Made by a program: the position numbers and the translations under genes
Shown here: positions 1-8,945 of the stretch, one piece after another
Layout of the letters: every line of letters begins with the position of its first letter
How positions within the stretch are numbered: the stretch's first letter is position 1
Assembly (NCBI GenBank): GCA_021802705.1
Contig: JAJZRL010000002.1
Location: 91,024-155,023, forward strand
DNA length: 64,000 nt
Origin: a bacterium
GTDB lineage: Bacteria > Patescibacteriota > Minisyncoccia > Phycocordibacterales > Phycocordibacteraceae
Direction: 5' to 3'
Notes under the pieces: generated by a model
The model's database searches: none
Seen by the model: the letters and a program-made list of their open reading frames with translations, nothing else
Told to the model about the DNA's origin: nothing

Positions 1-1676
1 TGAGCAAGCATGTTCAACCGCGCTCCCCGCTCAAGCGTTTCCGTACGGTGTAGGATGTTCCCTTTCGCGAAAAACATGATGGCCTCGACAAGCTTGCCGG
101 CTTCGGAAACGAGAGTCACTTTCAGGTGTTCTTCTTTTTTCCCGAAACGGGAAATCTCATGGACGACACCGGCACGCAACAGGAACACCGGCTTCGGATT
201 TTCCCTGCCGAACGGCGCGAATTTTTCCACCATTTCTAAAAGCGGGAGCCCGACGGATTCCGTTTTGATTTCGGCATCCGCGGGCGGTACGAGACTGGCA
301 GCGGGCGAGGCCGTAGGCATGATGCGCGCATACGCTTCAACGAGACGGTCTTCGAAAAAGAAGACAGCGTCGTCGTGCACGGTGAAACCGCCGGCTGCAG
401 CATGGCCTCCGAATTCAGAGAAGGTGTTGTCCGTCGCGCGCATGAGCTCGAGCGCGTGCACGTTCCCGCTTCTCACGGAACCCTTGATGCGCAGGTTTCC
501 TTCACGACCCCACAAAAACACCGGCCGCCCGTACTCTTCGGCAATCGTATTTGCGACAAGGCCGAGAAGCGCGGGTCGCCACTCCGGATCGCCAAGCGCG
601 ATAACGCTTCGCAATTCTCCACGCTCCTTAAGCCGTCCATGTATCGTGCGCGTGATCGCTCCCGCCTCCGCTTTTCTCTGCCGGTTCGCCCTCTCAAGTT
701 TTTTTGCGAGCTCCCCCGCCTCATCCTCGTTATCGGTGGTAAAGAGGTCCAGTGCTGCGCGCGCGTCGCCCATCCGGCTCGCGGCGTTGACGCGCGGCGC
801 GAGCATGAAACCCACATCGTCTTCCGTAAGCGTCTGTTGCGCAAGCCGCATCTCACGGCACAATTTCTGCAAGCCGATGCGGCGTGATTTGCGCAAGACG
901 CGCATACCGTATGCAGCAAGCACGCGATTTTCTCCCGTGAGCGGAACGACGTCGGCGATCGTCGCAAGACCGACCATATCGAGAAGCCATTTTTCCCACC
1001 CCGTCGGGATGCGCGCGCGGATCGCCGGCTCCTCGCTGAGCGTTGCGCAGACGAGCTTCCATGCGACCGCCGCTCCGCACAAGCTCCGGAACGGATACGG
1101 CTCATCGGGTCGCGCGTTCGGGTTGACGATCGCGAAAGCGTCCGGCAGAACCGTTCCCGGGAGATGGTGATCGGTTACGATAGCGTCCATGCCGAGTTCG
1201 TTTGCACGCTTGATCGGTTCGGTATCCGTAATACCCGAGTCGACGGTAACGACAAGCCTCACGCCGTTTCGCGAAAGCTTTTCGATCCCGTCGATGTTCA
1301 TCCCGTACCCTTCATTGTGGCGATGCGGGATGTAATTCTCGAAATCCGCAGCTGTCTTTTTCAAGAAGTCATGCATGAGTACGCCGCCCGGTATTCCGTC
1401 GCAATCGTAATCGCTCCAGACCGCGATACGTTCTCCCGATAAAACCGCCTGGGCGAGACGTCGCGCCGCCTTCCGCATGTCCGTCATGAGGAGCGGGTCA
1501 TGAACGTGGCTGTCATACGACGGATTGAAGAACGTCTCGGCATCCTCTTCCGTTTTCATGCCGCGCCGAACAAGAAGCGCGGCGGTAAGGTCGTCATAGG
1601 GTGCGAGCGCGGCACGTGCCGCTTCGTCAAGCGGATCATGGAGCGGAAACATATGAGCGTCATTGTATACTGCCAT
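1..1676 (-). CDS. recJ: single-stranded-DNA-specific exonuclease RecJ (partial; C-terminal part runs off the left edge of the window)
   Basis: Manual minus-strand translation is open from the ATG at 1676 down to position 1 (MAVYNDAHMFPLHDPLDEAARAAL...). It contains the DHH motif (IVTDHHLP) and the DHHA1 motif (GGHAAAGG). It is absent from the ORF track because there is no stop in the window. The plus-strand ORFs listed here are antisense artefacts. Confidence 0.85.
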   Translation of the reverse strand, partial: MAVYNDAHMFPLHDPLDEAARAALAPYDDLTAALLVRRGMKTEEDAETFFNPSYDSHVHDPLLMTDMRKAARRLAQAVLSGERIAVWSDYDCDGIPGGVLMHDFLKKTAADFENYIPHRHNEGYGMNIDGIEKLSRNGVRLVVTVDSGITDTEPIKRANELGMDAIVTDHHLPGTVLPDAFAIVNPNARPDEPYPFRSLCGAAVAWKLVCATLSEEPAIRARIPTGWEKWLLDMVGLATIADVVPLTGENRVLAAYGMRVLRKSRRIGLQKLCREMRLAQQTLTEDDVGFMLAPRVNAASRMGDARAALDLFTTDNEDEAGELAKKLERANRQRKAEAGAITRTIHGRLKERGELRSVIALGDPEWRPALLGLVANTIAEEYGRPVFLWGREGNLRIKGSVRSGNVHALELMRATDNTFSEFGGHAAAGGFTVHDDAVFFFEDRLVEAYARIMPTASPAASLVPPADAEIKTESVGLPLLEMVEKFAPFGRENPKPVFLLRAGVVHEISRFGKKEEHLKVTLVSEAGKLVEAIMFFAKGNILHRTETLERGARLNMLA

Positions 1677-1698
1677 GATGACGGAGGATACCGTTTTC

Positions 1699-2091
1699 AT
1701 GAAAATCATCCGGCGCGAGATCCCCGCTGATATCGTCTACGAAGACGCTTCGACGATCGCTTTCCTCGATATTCGCCCCAACAATCCGGGACATACGCTC
1801 GTCGTGCCGAAGACGTTCGCGCGAAACATTTTCGACATACGCGATGAAACGCTTGATGCGGTGATGCATACGGTGCGGCTCATCGCGCCGGCGGTTCGCA
1901 ACGCGGTTTCCGCCGATGGCATGACCATCATCATGAACAACGAGCCGGCATCAGGACAGATCGTTTTTCATGCGCACGTGCACCTTATCCCGCGGTTCTC
2001 CAATGACGGTTTCGGGCACTTGCCTCAGAAGCAGTATGTGCCGGGCGAGGCCGCTTCGATTGCGGAAAAGATCCGTCAAGCGCTCGCGTGA
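1699..2091 (+). CDS. HIT-family (histidine triad) nucleotide hydrolase
   Basis: MKIIRREIPADIVYEDA... with the HxHxHxx triad (HAHVHLIP). Start trimmed to the ATG at 1699; the track start at 1663 is a TTG. Divergent from recJ. Confidence 0.85.
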   Translation: MKIIRREIPADIVYEDASTIAFLDIRPNNPGHTLVVPKTFARNIFDIRDETLDAVMHTVRLIAPAVRNAVSADGMTIIMNNEPASGQIVFHAHVHLIPRFSNDGFGHLPQKQYVPGEAASIAEKIRQALA

Positions 2092-3230
2092 ACATCGAGC
2101 GCTTCGATGCCGGGAAGCGTTCCGGCAGAGAGGAATTCGAGCATGGCGCCACCGCCGGTTGAAACGAAAGAGAAACGCGACAGGAGCCCGAGCCGCTCGA
2201 TCGAAGCGATGGTGTCTCCCCCTCCGATGATCGAACGGGCCGACGAATTTGCGATAGCGCGCGCACAGGCATCGGTCGTCCCGACGAAACCCTTTTCATA
2301 ATTTCCCAAAGGACCGTTCCAAAGAATCGATTTTGCCGGTTGCGCAAGCTCGTGTAAAAGCGCCTGCGTCGCCGGACCGTGATCGAGAACGATCTCGTCT
2401 TGCGCGATCTGTCCGATAGCGGCGACGTGCGCTTCCGCAGGTGTAACGGACTCGTTCGCCGGTGCGACGAACGAGTCCACAGGCAGCACGAGCTTCGGAT
2501 TGGCGAGAATCTTCTTTATCCGATCCGGATCGCTATCGGAGACGAGCGACTTCCCCACCTGCTTGCCATCCGCCTTGAAAAAATCGTTTGCGAGCGCGCC
2601 GCCGACAAAGACATGGTCATACGTGTCGAGCAGCGTCGTGAGCACTGCTTCTTTCGTGGAGAATTTCGCTCCGCCGATAACCGCGAGCGCCGGATGTTCC
2701 GGCGCGAGCGCTCCTTTAAGCGCGGCAATCTCGTCTTCAAGCAGGAGTCCGGCATAAGAAGGGAGCAGCGTCGGAACGCCGACTATCGAGGCGTGCCGGC
2801 GATGGCAGGTATCGAAAGAATCTTCGACGAAAACGTCGGCAAGCAACGCCAGCTCCTTGGCGAACGCGGGATCGTTTGCCCGTTCCCCCGCGTGCCGGCG
2901 CAGGTTTTCAAGAACGAGTATCTCGCCGCCCGCAAGATTGCGAATAGCGGCGCGAGCTCCGCTCCCGATAGTTTCATGGAAGAACGAAACGCGCGGGACA
3001 AGCGTCTCGAGCGCCCGTGCGACCGGCTCGAGGGTTTCGGTCCCCTTCTCTCCGATGTGGCTTATGAGCACGACCTTCGCACCGCGTTCGGCGAGAAAAC
3101 GGATTGTCGGTATCGCCCGCCGGAGCCGGTAATCGTTTGTGACACGGCCGTTTTCAAGGGGTACGTTCAGCGCGGCGCGAACGAGTATCGGTATATTTTC
3201 GAACAGAGGAATATCGCGGACGGTTCGCAT
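2076..3230 (-). CDS. pgk: phosphoglycerate kinase
   Basis: 384-aa ORF with PGK-like sequence along its full length. Confidence 0.95.
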   Translation of the reverse strand: MRTVRDIPLFENIPILVRAALNVPLENGRVTNDYRLRRAIPTIRFLAERGAKVVLISHIGEKGTETLEPVARALETLVPRVSFFHETIGSGARAAIRNLAGGEILVLENLRRHAGERANDPAFAKELALLADVFVEDSFDTCHRRHASIVGVPTLLPSYAGLLLEDEIAALKGALAPEHPALAVIGGAKFSTKEAVLTTLLDTYDHVFVGGALANDFFKADGKQVGKSLVSDSDPDRIKKILANPKLVLPVDSFVAPANESVTPAEAHVAAIGQIAQDEIVLDHGPATQALLHELAQPAKSILWNGPLGNYEKGFVGTTDACARAIANSSARSIIGGGDTIASIERLGLLSRFSFVSTGGGAMLEFLSAGTLPGIEALDVHASA

Positions 3231-3231
3231 C

Positions 3232-3975
3232 TTAAGCGAGTTGTTTTACAAGGAGCGCGAATAAACGAGGGTCGACCGACGCGTGGCCCACGAGAAAACC
3301 GTCAATGCCCGCGAGCTCGGCGAGCGCGCGGACATTGTCCGGCTCGACGGATCCGCCGTAGAGCACAGGGATCCGCGCGGAACTTTTCCCCGAGAAAATC
3401 TCCGCAAGCACTTTCTTTATATAGAGCGTCATCTCCGCAAGATCGTCGGCTGCTATGGCTTCGGATGCCGTTTTTCCGATCGCCCACAGGGGTTCGTATG
3501 CGAGTACGATTTTCCCGCGTTCTCTCGGCGTAAGCGGGGAGATGGCCGTCGTGAGTTCTTCGCGTATAAAAGACAGGTATCGTCCGTCAGTGTCGCGCGA
3601 GTGCTCGCCGATGCACAAGACGGGCGTCAGCCCGTGCGCAAGCGCGTGCCGAAGCTTTTCGGAAACGAGAGTATCGGTATCGCCCCGCGCGCGACGTTCC
3701 GAGTGCCCGACTATGGCGTAGGTCGCTCCGGCGGCCGCATACGTTTGAGCCGTTATTTCACCGGTCTCTGCGCCACCGGTCGTCGCAGAGATATCTTGCG
3801 CACCGAATGCGACGGAAGAAGCGTTCTTTGCCGCAAGGATGCCGAGAAGCGGAGCCGGAGGCGCAAGCACGATACCATTGCCGGTGTCTTTTGCGAGTTT
3901 TTTGCTGACTGTGAAAAGCTCCTTCGCTTTGCCGATGTCCTCAACGTACGCCTTCCAGTTCGCGATGATGATCAT
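3232..3975 (-). CDS. tpiA: triosephosphate isomerase
   Basis: MIIIANWKAY..., AIVGHSERR, YEPLWAIG. Lies immediately upstream of pgk on the same strand, 1 nt apart. Confidence 0.95.
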   Translation of the reverse strand: MIIIANWKAYVEDIGKAKELFTVSKKLAKDTGNGIVLAPPAPLLGILAAKNASSVAFGAQDISATTGGAETGEITAQTYAAAGATYAIVGHSERRARGDTDTLVSEKLRHALAHGLTPVLCIGEHSRDTDGRYLSFIREELTTAISPLTPRERGKIVLAYEPLWAIGKTASEAIAADDLAEMTLYIKKVLAEIFSGKSSARIPVLYGGSVEPDNVRALAELAGIDGFLVGHASVDPRLFALLVKQLA

Positions 3976-4012
3976 GATGAAAGGATATCATGCACTGTCT
4001 CCGATAAGCCGC

Positions 4013-5446
4013 TCATTCTTGTCGCCAATCGACAAATTGCCACTGTGTCGACGTAACAGGCGTGAAGGGAGGCGGATCGTTCGAAAGCGCCCTGTCGAAC
4101 GAGTCGACGCGCGTCTGGTACCCTGCATTGACGCCGGAACCGCAGCCGTTTATCCAGCTCGTACCGGTCCGCAGGTTTGAGACCGTCGTCCCGAGGATGG
4201 TAAGGGTGCCGCGAGGCTCGTAGAGACCGTCGCAGCCGCCGCTCGGATAATAGTAATAGTTTCGTCCGAATGCGCCGCCTTGCGCGATGAAGATGCCGTC
4301 AAGCGTCATGTTTTGCGGAGAATCAGGAGCTATGAGGATGTCGTGCCCGCTTATGATCGTGAGACCGGCCGAACCGTCGGTCGTCGTATACGTGATGTTC
4401 CCGTGGAGAACGACATCGGGCGTTACGCCCGGCGTCGTAACGTTTGCGACCACGAGCGTAACCTTGGAAGGTATCGTTCCTTCGACCCACGTGTTGTCTT
4501 CGACGAAAATGAGCCCGCAGTTCGCAGGAATGGTGTAGGTCTTATACGCCGCTTCGTTCCCGATGAGCGTGTAATCGTTCGTGAAGCCGGACGATCCGTC
4601 AACCGGATAAACGTTCGAAAGCGTCGTAACGTTAGACACTTCTCGCACGGTGAGCGTGCCGTCGGCATTGAAGATGAGGTGATAGCCCTTATGGTAGGCC
4701 GCGCTGCGGCTATTACCGGAACTGTAGCGCGGCAGGTAGATCCCGCTTGTTTGAGCGGTGGCTTTTAGCGAGGAGAAGTTCGCGGCAATACCGGCGAAGT
4801 CCATTTGCGGCGTCGGATAACTCCACAGGCCTTGGTTGCCTCCGGATCCGAAAACGCCGGGCTCCGTTGCGCTTGGAGAGCAGCCAAACGAGGAGTCGCA
4901 CGTCCAGCTTGAAAGCGAGCTCGTAACCGGCGCATTGGATGTCCCGTCCATACGGATGCCGCCGTTGCTGTGGTACGGCCCGTTAATGATACGGTCGGAA
5001 CCCGCCCATACGCTGCTATTGACGATATAAGAATATGCCGCGACAGACGGTTCCGCGAAGCGTCCGTCAAGCGTTACGCTCACGCCGGGAGCGTCGGATG
5101 GGGTCCCCTTGCTCGCGACATCCATGGACTGCACTTGCCCGCACGCGGTATTTCCCGTGATGGAGAGCGTATAGCTTCCAGCGACCCCTCCTTCGGGATC
5201 GGCATATGTTTCCGTAAACGGTCCTGGCTGTCCCGTGCCGTTTGTCGTGTCGCCGGGAAAATGAGAAAGGAACCAGCGGTAATACTCGAGCCCGGCCTCG
5301 GCGATATTGAACGCTTCGGCTCGCGCGCGGCTTATGTCTTGCGCGCGGTTCTCGACGATCACGAAACTGGAAAGCGCCGCGAGGATGGCGAGAAATATCC
5401 CGCCAAAGACAAGCACGAGCAGCATGACCGATCCTTTTGATTTCAT
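4013..5446 (-). CDS. large pilus-associated membrane-anchored protein (type IV pilus minor/tip-like component)
   Basis: 477 aa. N-terminal hydrophobic anchor MKSKGSVMLLVLVFGGIFLAILAAL; Thr/Ser/Gly-rich beta-rich body. Start overlaps the stop of the upstream pilin-like gene (ATGA). Last gene of the pilB-pilC operon. Confidence 0.6.
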   Translation of the reverse strand: MKSKGSVMLLVLVFGGIFLAILAALSSFVIVENRAQDISRARAEAFNIAEAGLEYYRWFLSHFPGDTTNGTGQPGPFTETYADPEGGVAGSYTLSITGNTACGQVQSMDVASKGTPSDAPGVSVTLDGRFAEPSVAAYSYIVNSSVWAGSDRIINGPYHSNGGIRMDGTSNAPVTSSLSSWTCDSSFGCSPSATEPGVFGSGGNQGLWSYPTPQMDFAGIAANFSSLKATAQTSGIYLPRYSSGNSRSAAYHKGYHLIFNADGTLTVREVSNVTTLSNVYPVDGSSGFTNDYTLIGNEAAYKTYTIPANCGLIFVEDNTWVEGTIPSKVTLVVANVTTPGVTPDVVLHGNITYTTTDGSAGLTIISGHDILIAPDSPQNMTLDGIFIAQGGAFGRNYYYYPSGGCDGLYEPRGTLTILGTTVSNLRTGTSWINGCGSGVNAGYQTRVDSFDRALSNDPPPFTPVTSTQWQFVDWRQE

Positions 5447-6033
5447 GGTTGTTCCCGAAGGTTGCGCAACGTCGCCCCTCCTGAGAGAGTATAGGCGACC
5501 GGCGCGCGATTGACGTCGACGTCAACCACGATCGTCGTTTCCACCGAGGCGACCTGCACGAGATTGACCGGAGGGAAAAGCTCATTGCCGGAGTGATCGA
5601 AATATCGGAACACCGGTGTCGACGTCCCGTTCGTGACCGATGTCGCGATTGTCGTCGTCGCAAGCGCGGCGTTGACGTACGAGAGCGGGTTTCCGGACGG
5701 TTCCGCGACGATACGGTAGAACGTGTTTCCCTCAAGCGCATACGTAATCCGCTCGACGATCCCCGTATTGTGCATGTCTGCGAAAAACGTGACCGACGAG
5801 GTCGCCGCGTTTTCAAGCGGGAAAGAACCGTCGCTTCCGTACGACGCTTCGCGCAGGTACGTCATGGCGTCTTCGACTCCGGTCCGCGCCTGCTGCACCG
5901 CGATGGATTGTTCGAGCGTAAACGCGTTCGTTCTGTAGAAATAGACGAGCAGCATGCCGAGCACTCCCATGATAAGCGCGGTCAACCCGACGGCGACGAT
6001 AGTCTCTATGAGGGTAAAAGCGCGTTGCATCAT
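5443..6033 (-). CDS. type IV pilin/pseudopilin-like protein (class III signal peptide)
   Basis: True start MMQRA|FTLIETIVAVGL, a prepilin-peptidase-type N-terminus with Glu at +5. The 317-aa track ORF is an upstream over-extension. ATGA overlap with the upstream gene. Confidence 0.8.
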   Translation of the reverse strand: MMQRAFTLIETIVAVGLTALIMGVLGMLLVYFYRTNAFTLEQSIAVQQARTGVEDAMTYLREASYGSDGSFPLENAATSSVTFFADMHNTGIVERITYALEGNTFYRIVAEPSGNPLSYVNAALATTTIATSVTNGTSTPVFRYFDHSGNELFPPVNLVQVASVETTIVVDVDVNRAPVAYTLSGGATLRNLREQP

Positions 6034-7733
6034 GGCAGAACGAGGGTTTGCGTCGGCGTCACGCCGGATACGTTGATCCCCGGGAATGTCGTCGTCGCAT
6101 GCCCCGGGGCCGACACGGTCGCGGCATAGCTGCCGGCGGCAAGACCGCCGAAGTAAGCGAGGCCGCAGGCAGAGGCGGGGATGGTCGCAGCGTAGTTGGG
6201 CGACGTCAACACCACGGTCGCGTAAGGGACCGTGGTGCTTGACGTCGTCTCGATAAGGAGCGGGAGCGTATTCGTCGTCGGAGTGCCGACGATGAGATCC
6301 GTCGTCGTCGCTTCGCCCGGAGAGAGCGCATAAGGGCTTGCGGGGCAGCTCTCGAAGAGCGTACCGCTCCCGAGAGAAAGCGTATACGCGTCCCACTCGA
6401 GCGATTCGGTCACGGTCGAAGCGCTTCCGGTCGTGTCGGTAAGGGTCGTCTTATAGATCGGCGTTCCGCTGCTGTCGGTCCCGATCGTCTTTGTTCCGGT
6501 GAGCGTGAAGCCGACATCGGGTAGCGGCGCGGGTCCTTCGGTGTAAGAGAGCGACCAGTCAAGCACGGAGGAGGTTGTCGTGGTCGAATCGCTAAGGAGA
6601 TCGGCTTCAAGCGACAAGGTCGGATATGTCGACGTCGCGATGCCGGTAAGCGAGATCGGAAATACCGAGAAGCCCGTGCCGTTCCCCGGGAGTACCGAAT
6701 CCGGAAGAGGATTGCCGGAAGCGTCATCGACGCGTATGGAAGCTCTCGTGCCGACCGGTGTCGTGATATCCGCCGAAAGGAGACCCCATCCGTCAAGGCG
6801 CGACGGCGTGATAGGGATAGAGCGCGCGGATCCTGAGAGCGCCTGGTTCGCAAGCATGAGTACGCCGGCTGCGACCTGCGTATCCGTTTGAACAGCGAGA
6901 CCGGAAGCGTCCGCGAACGAATCGGCAAACGCGGTTGTCGTCGCGGGCGAAAAGCTCGACAGCGCAAGCGAGGCGAGCAGATCGATCGCGAAGGTGACAT
7001 TCGTCGTCTGATCGTTCACGACGGTGAGGTAGCCGGGGTTCGGATTTGCGTTCTGGCTTGTCCGTGCGTAGGTTTGCGCGCTTGAGTATCCCGATTTTGA
7101 CACATATACCTGGTACGCCGAGGAGGTGGCAGCGCCGCCGATGACGGCATAGCCGTCAAGATTCGTGAAGGTCGTGAAATCGACCGTCGGCGATATCGAA
7201 TCGTTGACGATATGCACGCTCGCGCTGTTCACGCCGACGCCGGTTGCGTCCACGACGTGTATCGAGAGCGTCCCGCCGCCGGTTGAGGACTCTATCCCGG
7301 GCGGAGCGAAATTCGAGACGAGCGATACCGATTTTGCGACGCCGCTCATGGAATATGACACCGTCACCTTCCCTATCTTGTAATCGGTCGTTACGTTATT
7401 CCTGTCTTGTGCACCAAGACCGTCGGCAGGATCGTCATAGTATTCGATGAAAGTGCGCGTTACGTACGTGACGCCGTCGACCGTACTCGTCGCGTATTGC
7501 GGGACGTTGCCGCTCGGGATGCCGCCGATCGTCCCGATCGAATCGTATGAAAGGCCGCGCAGATACTCCATCTGCGTCGTTGCGAGCTCGACGGCTGCCG
7601 CTTTCGCTTTCGCGAGAGACGAAAGCATGAGGGAGGCGCGCAGGAGGCCGAAGAGCGCGAGGAACACGACAAGCATGAGCGCCGTACCGACGATGACGTC
7701 TATGAGACTGAACCCCCGACGGACACGCATCAT
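6030..7733 (-). CDS. giant type IV pilin-like protein (PilV/W/X-like), 567 aa
   Basis: N-terminus MMRVRRG|FSLIDVIVGTALMLVVF (prepilin leader plus hydrophobic helix) followed by a long Thr/Ser-rich extracellular region. Overlaps the pilC stop region. Confidence 0.75.
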   Translation of the reverse strand: MMRVRRGFSLIDVIVGTALMLVVFLALFGLLRASLMLSSLAKAKAAAVELATTQMEYLRGLSYDSIGTIGGIPSGNVPQYATSTVDGVTYVTRTFIEYYDDPADGLGAQDRNNVTTDYKIGKVTVSYSMSGVAKSVSLVSNFAPPGIESSTGGGTLSIHVVDATGVGVNSASVHIVNDSISPTVDFTTFTNLDGYAVIGGAATSSAYQVYVSKSGYSSAQTYARTSQNANPNPGYLTVVNDQTTNVTFAIDLLASLALSSFSPATTTAFADSFADASGLAVQTDTQVAAGVLMLANQALSGSARSIPITPSRLDGWGLLSADITTPVGTRASIRVDDASGNPLPDSVLPGNGTGFSVFPISLTGIATSTYPTLSLEADLLSDSTTTTSSVLDWSLSYTEGPAPLPDVGFTLTGTKTIGTDSSGTPIYKTTLTDTTGSASTVTESLEWDAYTLSLGSGTLFESCPASPYALSPGEATTTDLIVGTPTTNTLPLLIETTSSTTVPYATVVLTSPNYAATIPASACGLAYFGGLAAGSYAATVSAPGHATTTFPGINVSGVTPTQTLVLP

Positions 7734-8944
7734 AGCGCCGATGAGAGCGAATAAATAGGCGCGATCATCGAAACCGCGAAGATGCCGACGACCGTTCCGA
7801 TGACGAGCATGAGGACCGGTTCAATGATGGTAGAGAGGTCTTTGGTTTTTTCGGCGACATCCGTTTCGTAAAACTCGGCGATCTGCTGCAGCATCGCGAC
7901 AGCGTTGCCGGTCTCCTCGCCTACGGCGAGCATGTCGCTCATCAGTATAGGGTAGAGGTTCGGATGTTCGGCAAACGCGGTCGAGAGCGGATCGCCTTTC
8001 TTGACGTCCGCGACCGCCTCGTCTATGACGCGCGTGAATATCGCCGCGTACACGACATCTTTCGTGATAGCAAGCGCCTCGAGCACCGGTACCCCGGAAG
8101 AGAGGAGGGACGACAGCGTGCGCGCCGTGCGGGCCGCGTAGGTCTCGCGCACGAGTTCGCCGATCACCGGCGTTTTGAGCGCGAGCCATAACACGACGGT
8201 GCTTCCGCGCTCAGACCGGACGAATACCGTGCCGCCCACGACGATTGTCACGATCGACGCGAGAACGAGCGCGACATTGCCCACCATGAAGTCGGAGATG
8301 GCGACGATGATGCGCGTCGCGAGCGGTATCTGCACGTGCAGCTCGACAAAGGTCTTCGTAAGCGTCGGCACGACGAACATGAGCATCAGGATGCCGACGA
8401 TGACGATCGCCGTGAGCACGATCGCCGGATAGATCATCGCGCCCCGTATCTTACGGATCAGTTCCTCCGAGCGTTCCATCTGGAGACCGACGGTATTGAG
8501 GGCGTTCGCGAGCGAACCGGACTCCTCCCCCGCTTTTGTCATCGCGACGAATATCTTCGGGAATATCCGCGGGTACGCCGCAAGCGCCTCGTTAAACGAA
8601 GACCCCTTTTTAATCGACTCGGAAAGCCCGGAAAAAACAGTTTTGAGATGCTTGTTGCTCGATTGCCGTTCTATAACGGAGAGCGCGCGCGAAAGAGAAA
8701 GCCCCGCATTCAGCATGGCAGAGAGATTCTTCGCCATACGGACTATTTCCATGCGCTTGACGCCCGTGCCGATCGAAAGCGACAGCCATGCCGGAAGAGA
8801 AAAGCCCTTCCCCGCCTCTTCGAGCTCGACGACAAAGCCGCCTTCTTTCTGCACCTGGTCGTAGACGGCGAATCGCGACGGGGCCTCGATGATGACGATC
8901 TGATCCGATGCTCCTGTTTTTCGTACGGTAGCGCGGAATTTCAT
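7730..8944 (-). CDS. pilC: type IV pilus assembly platform protein PilC (GspF family)
   Basis: 404 aa with GspF-like polytopic architecture (repeated cytoplasmic domains separated by TM segments). Confidence 0.85.
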   Translation of the reverse strand: MKFRATVRKTGASDQIVIIEAPSRFAVYDQVQKEGGFVVELEEAGKGFSLPAWLSLSIGTGVKRMEIVRMAKNLSAMLNAGLSLSRALSVIERQSSNKHLKTVFSGLSESIKKGSSFNEALAAYPRIFPKIFVAMTKAGEESGSLANALNTVGLQMERSEELIRKIRGAMIYPAIVLTAIVIVGILMLMFVVPTLTKTFVELHVQIPLATRIIVAISDFMVGNVALVLASIVTIVVGGTVFVRSERGSTVVLWLALKTPVIGELVRETYAARTARTLSSLLSSGVPVLEALAITKDVVYAAIFTRVIDEAVADVKKGDPLSTAFAEHPNLYPILMSDMLAVGEETGNAVAMLQQIAEFYETDVAEKTKDLSTIIEPVLMLVIGTVVGIFAVSMIAPIYSLSSAL

Positions 8945-8945
8945 G

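Noticed and set aside
10-1170. 386-aa plus-strand ORF (and the 473..1105 minus ORF in another frame) across the recJ region
   Set aside because: Low-complexity Ser/Arg/Ala-rich translations typical of off-frame reading of GC-rich coding DNA. The recJ frame, with DHH and DHHA1 motifs, explains the region.
5067-5816. 249-aa Arg-rich minus-strand ORF overlapping the pilin genes
   Set aside because: Out of frame with two pilin-like genes that have class III signal peptides. The composition is an artefact.
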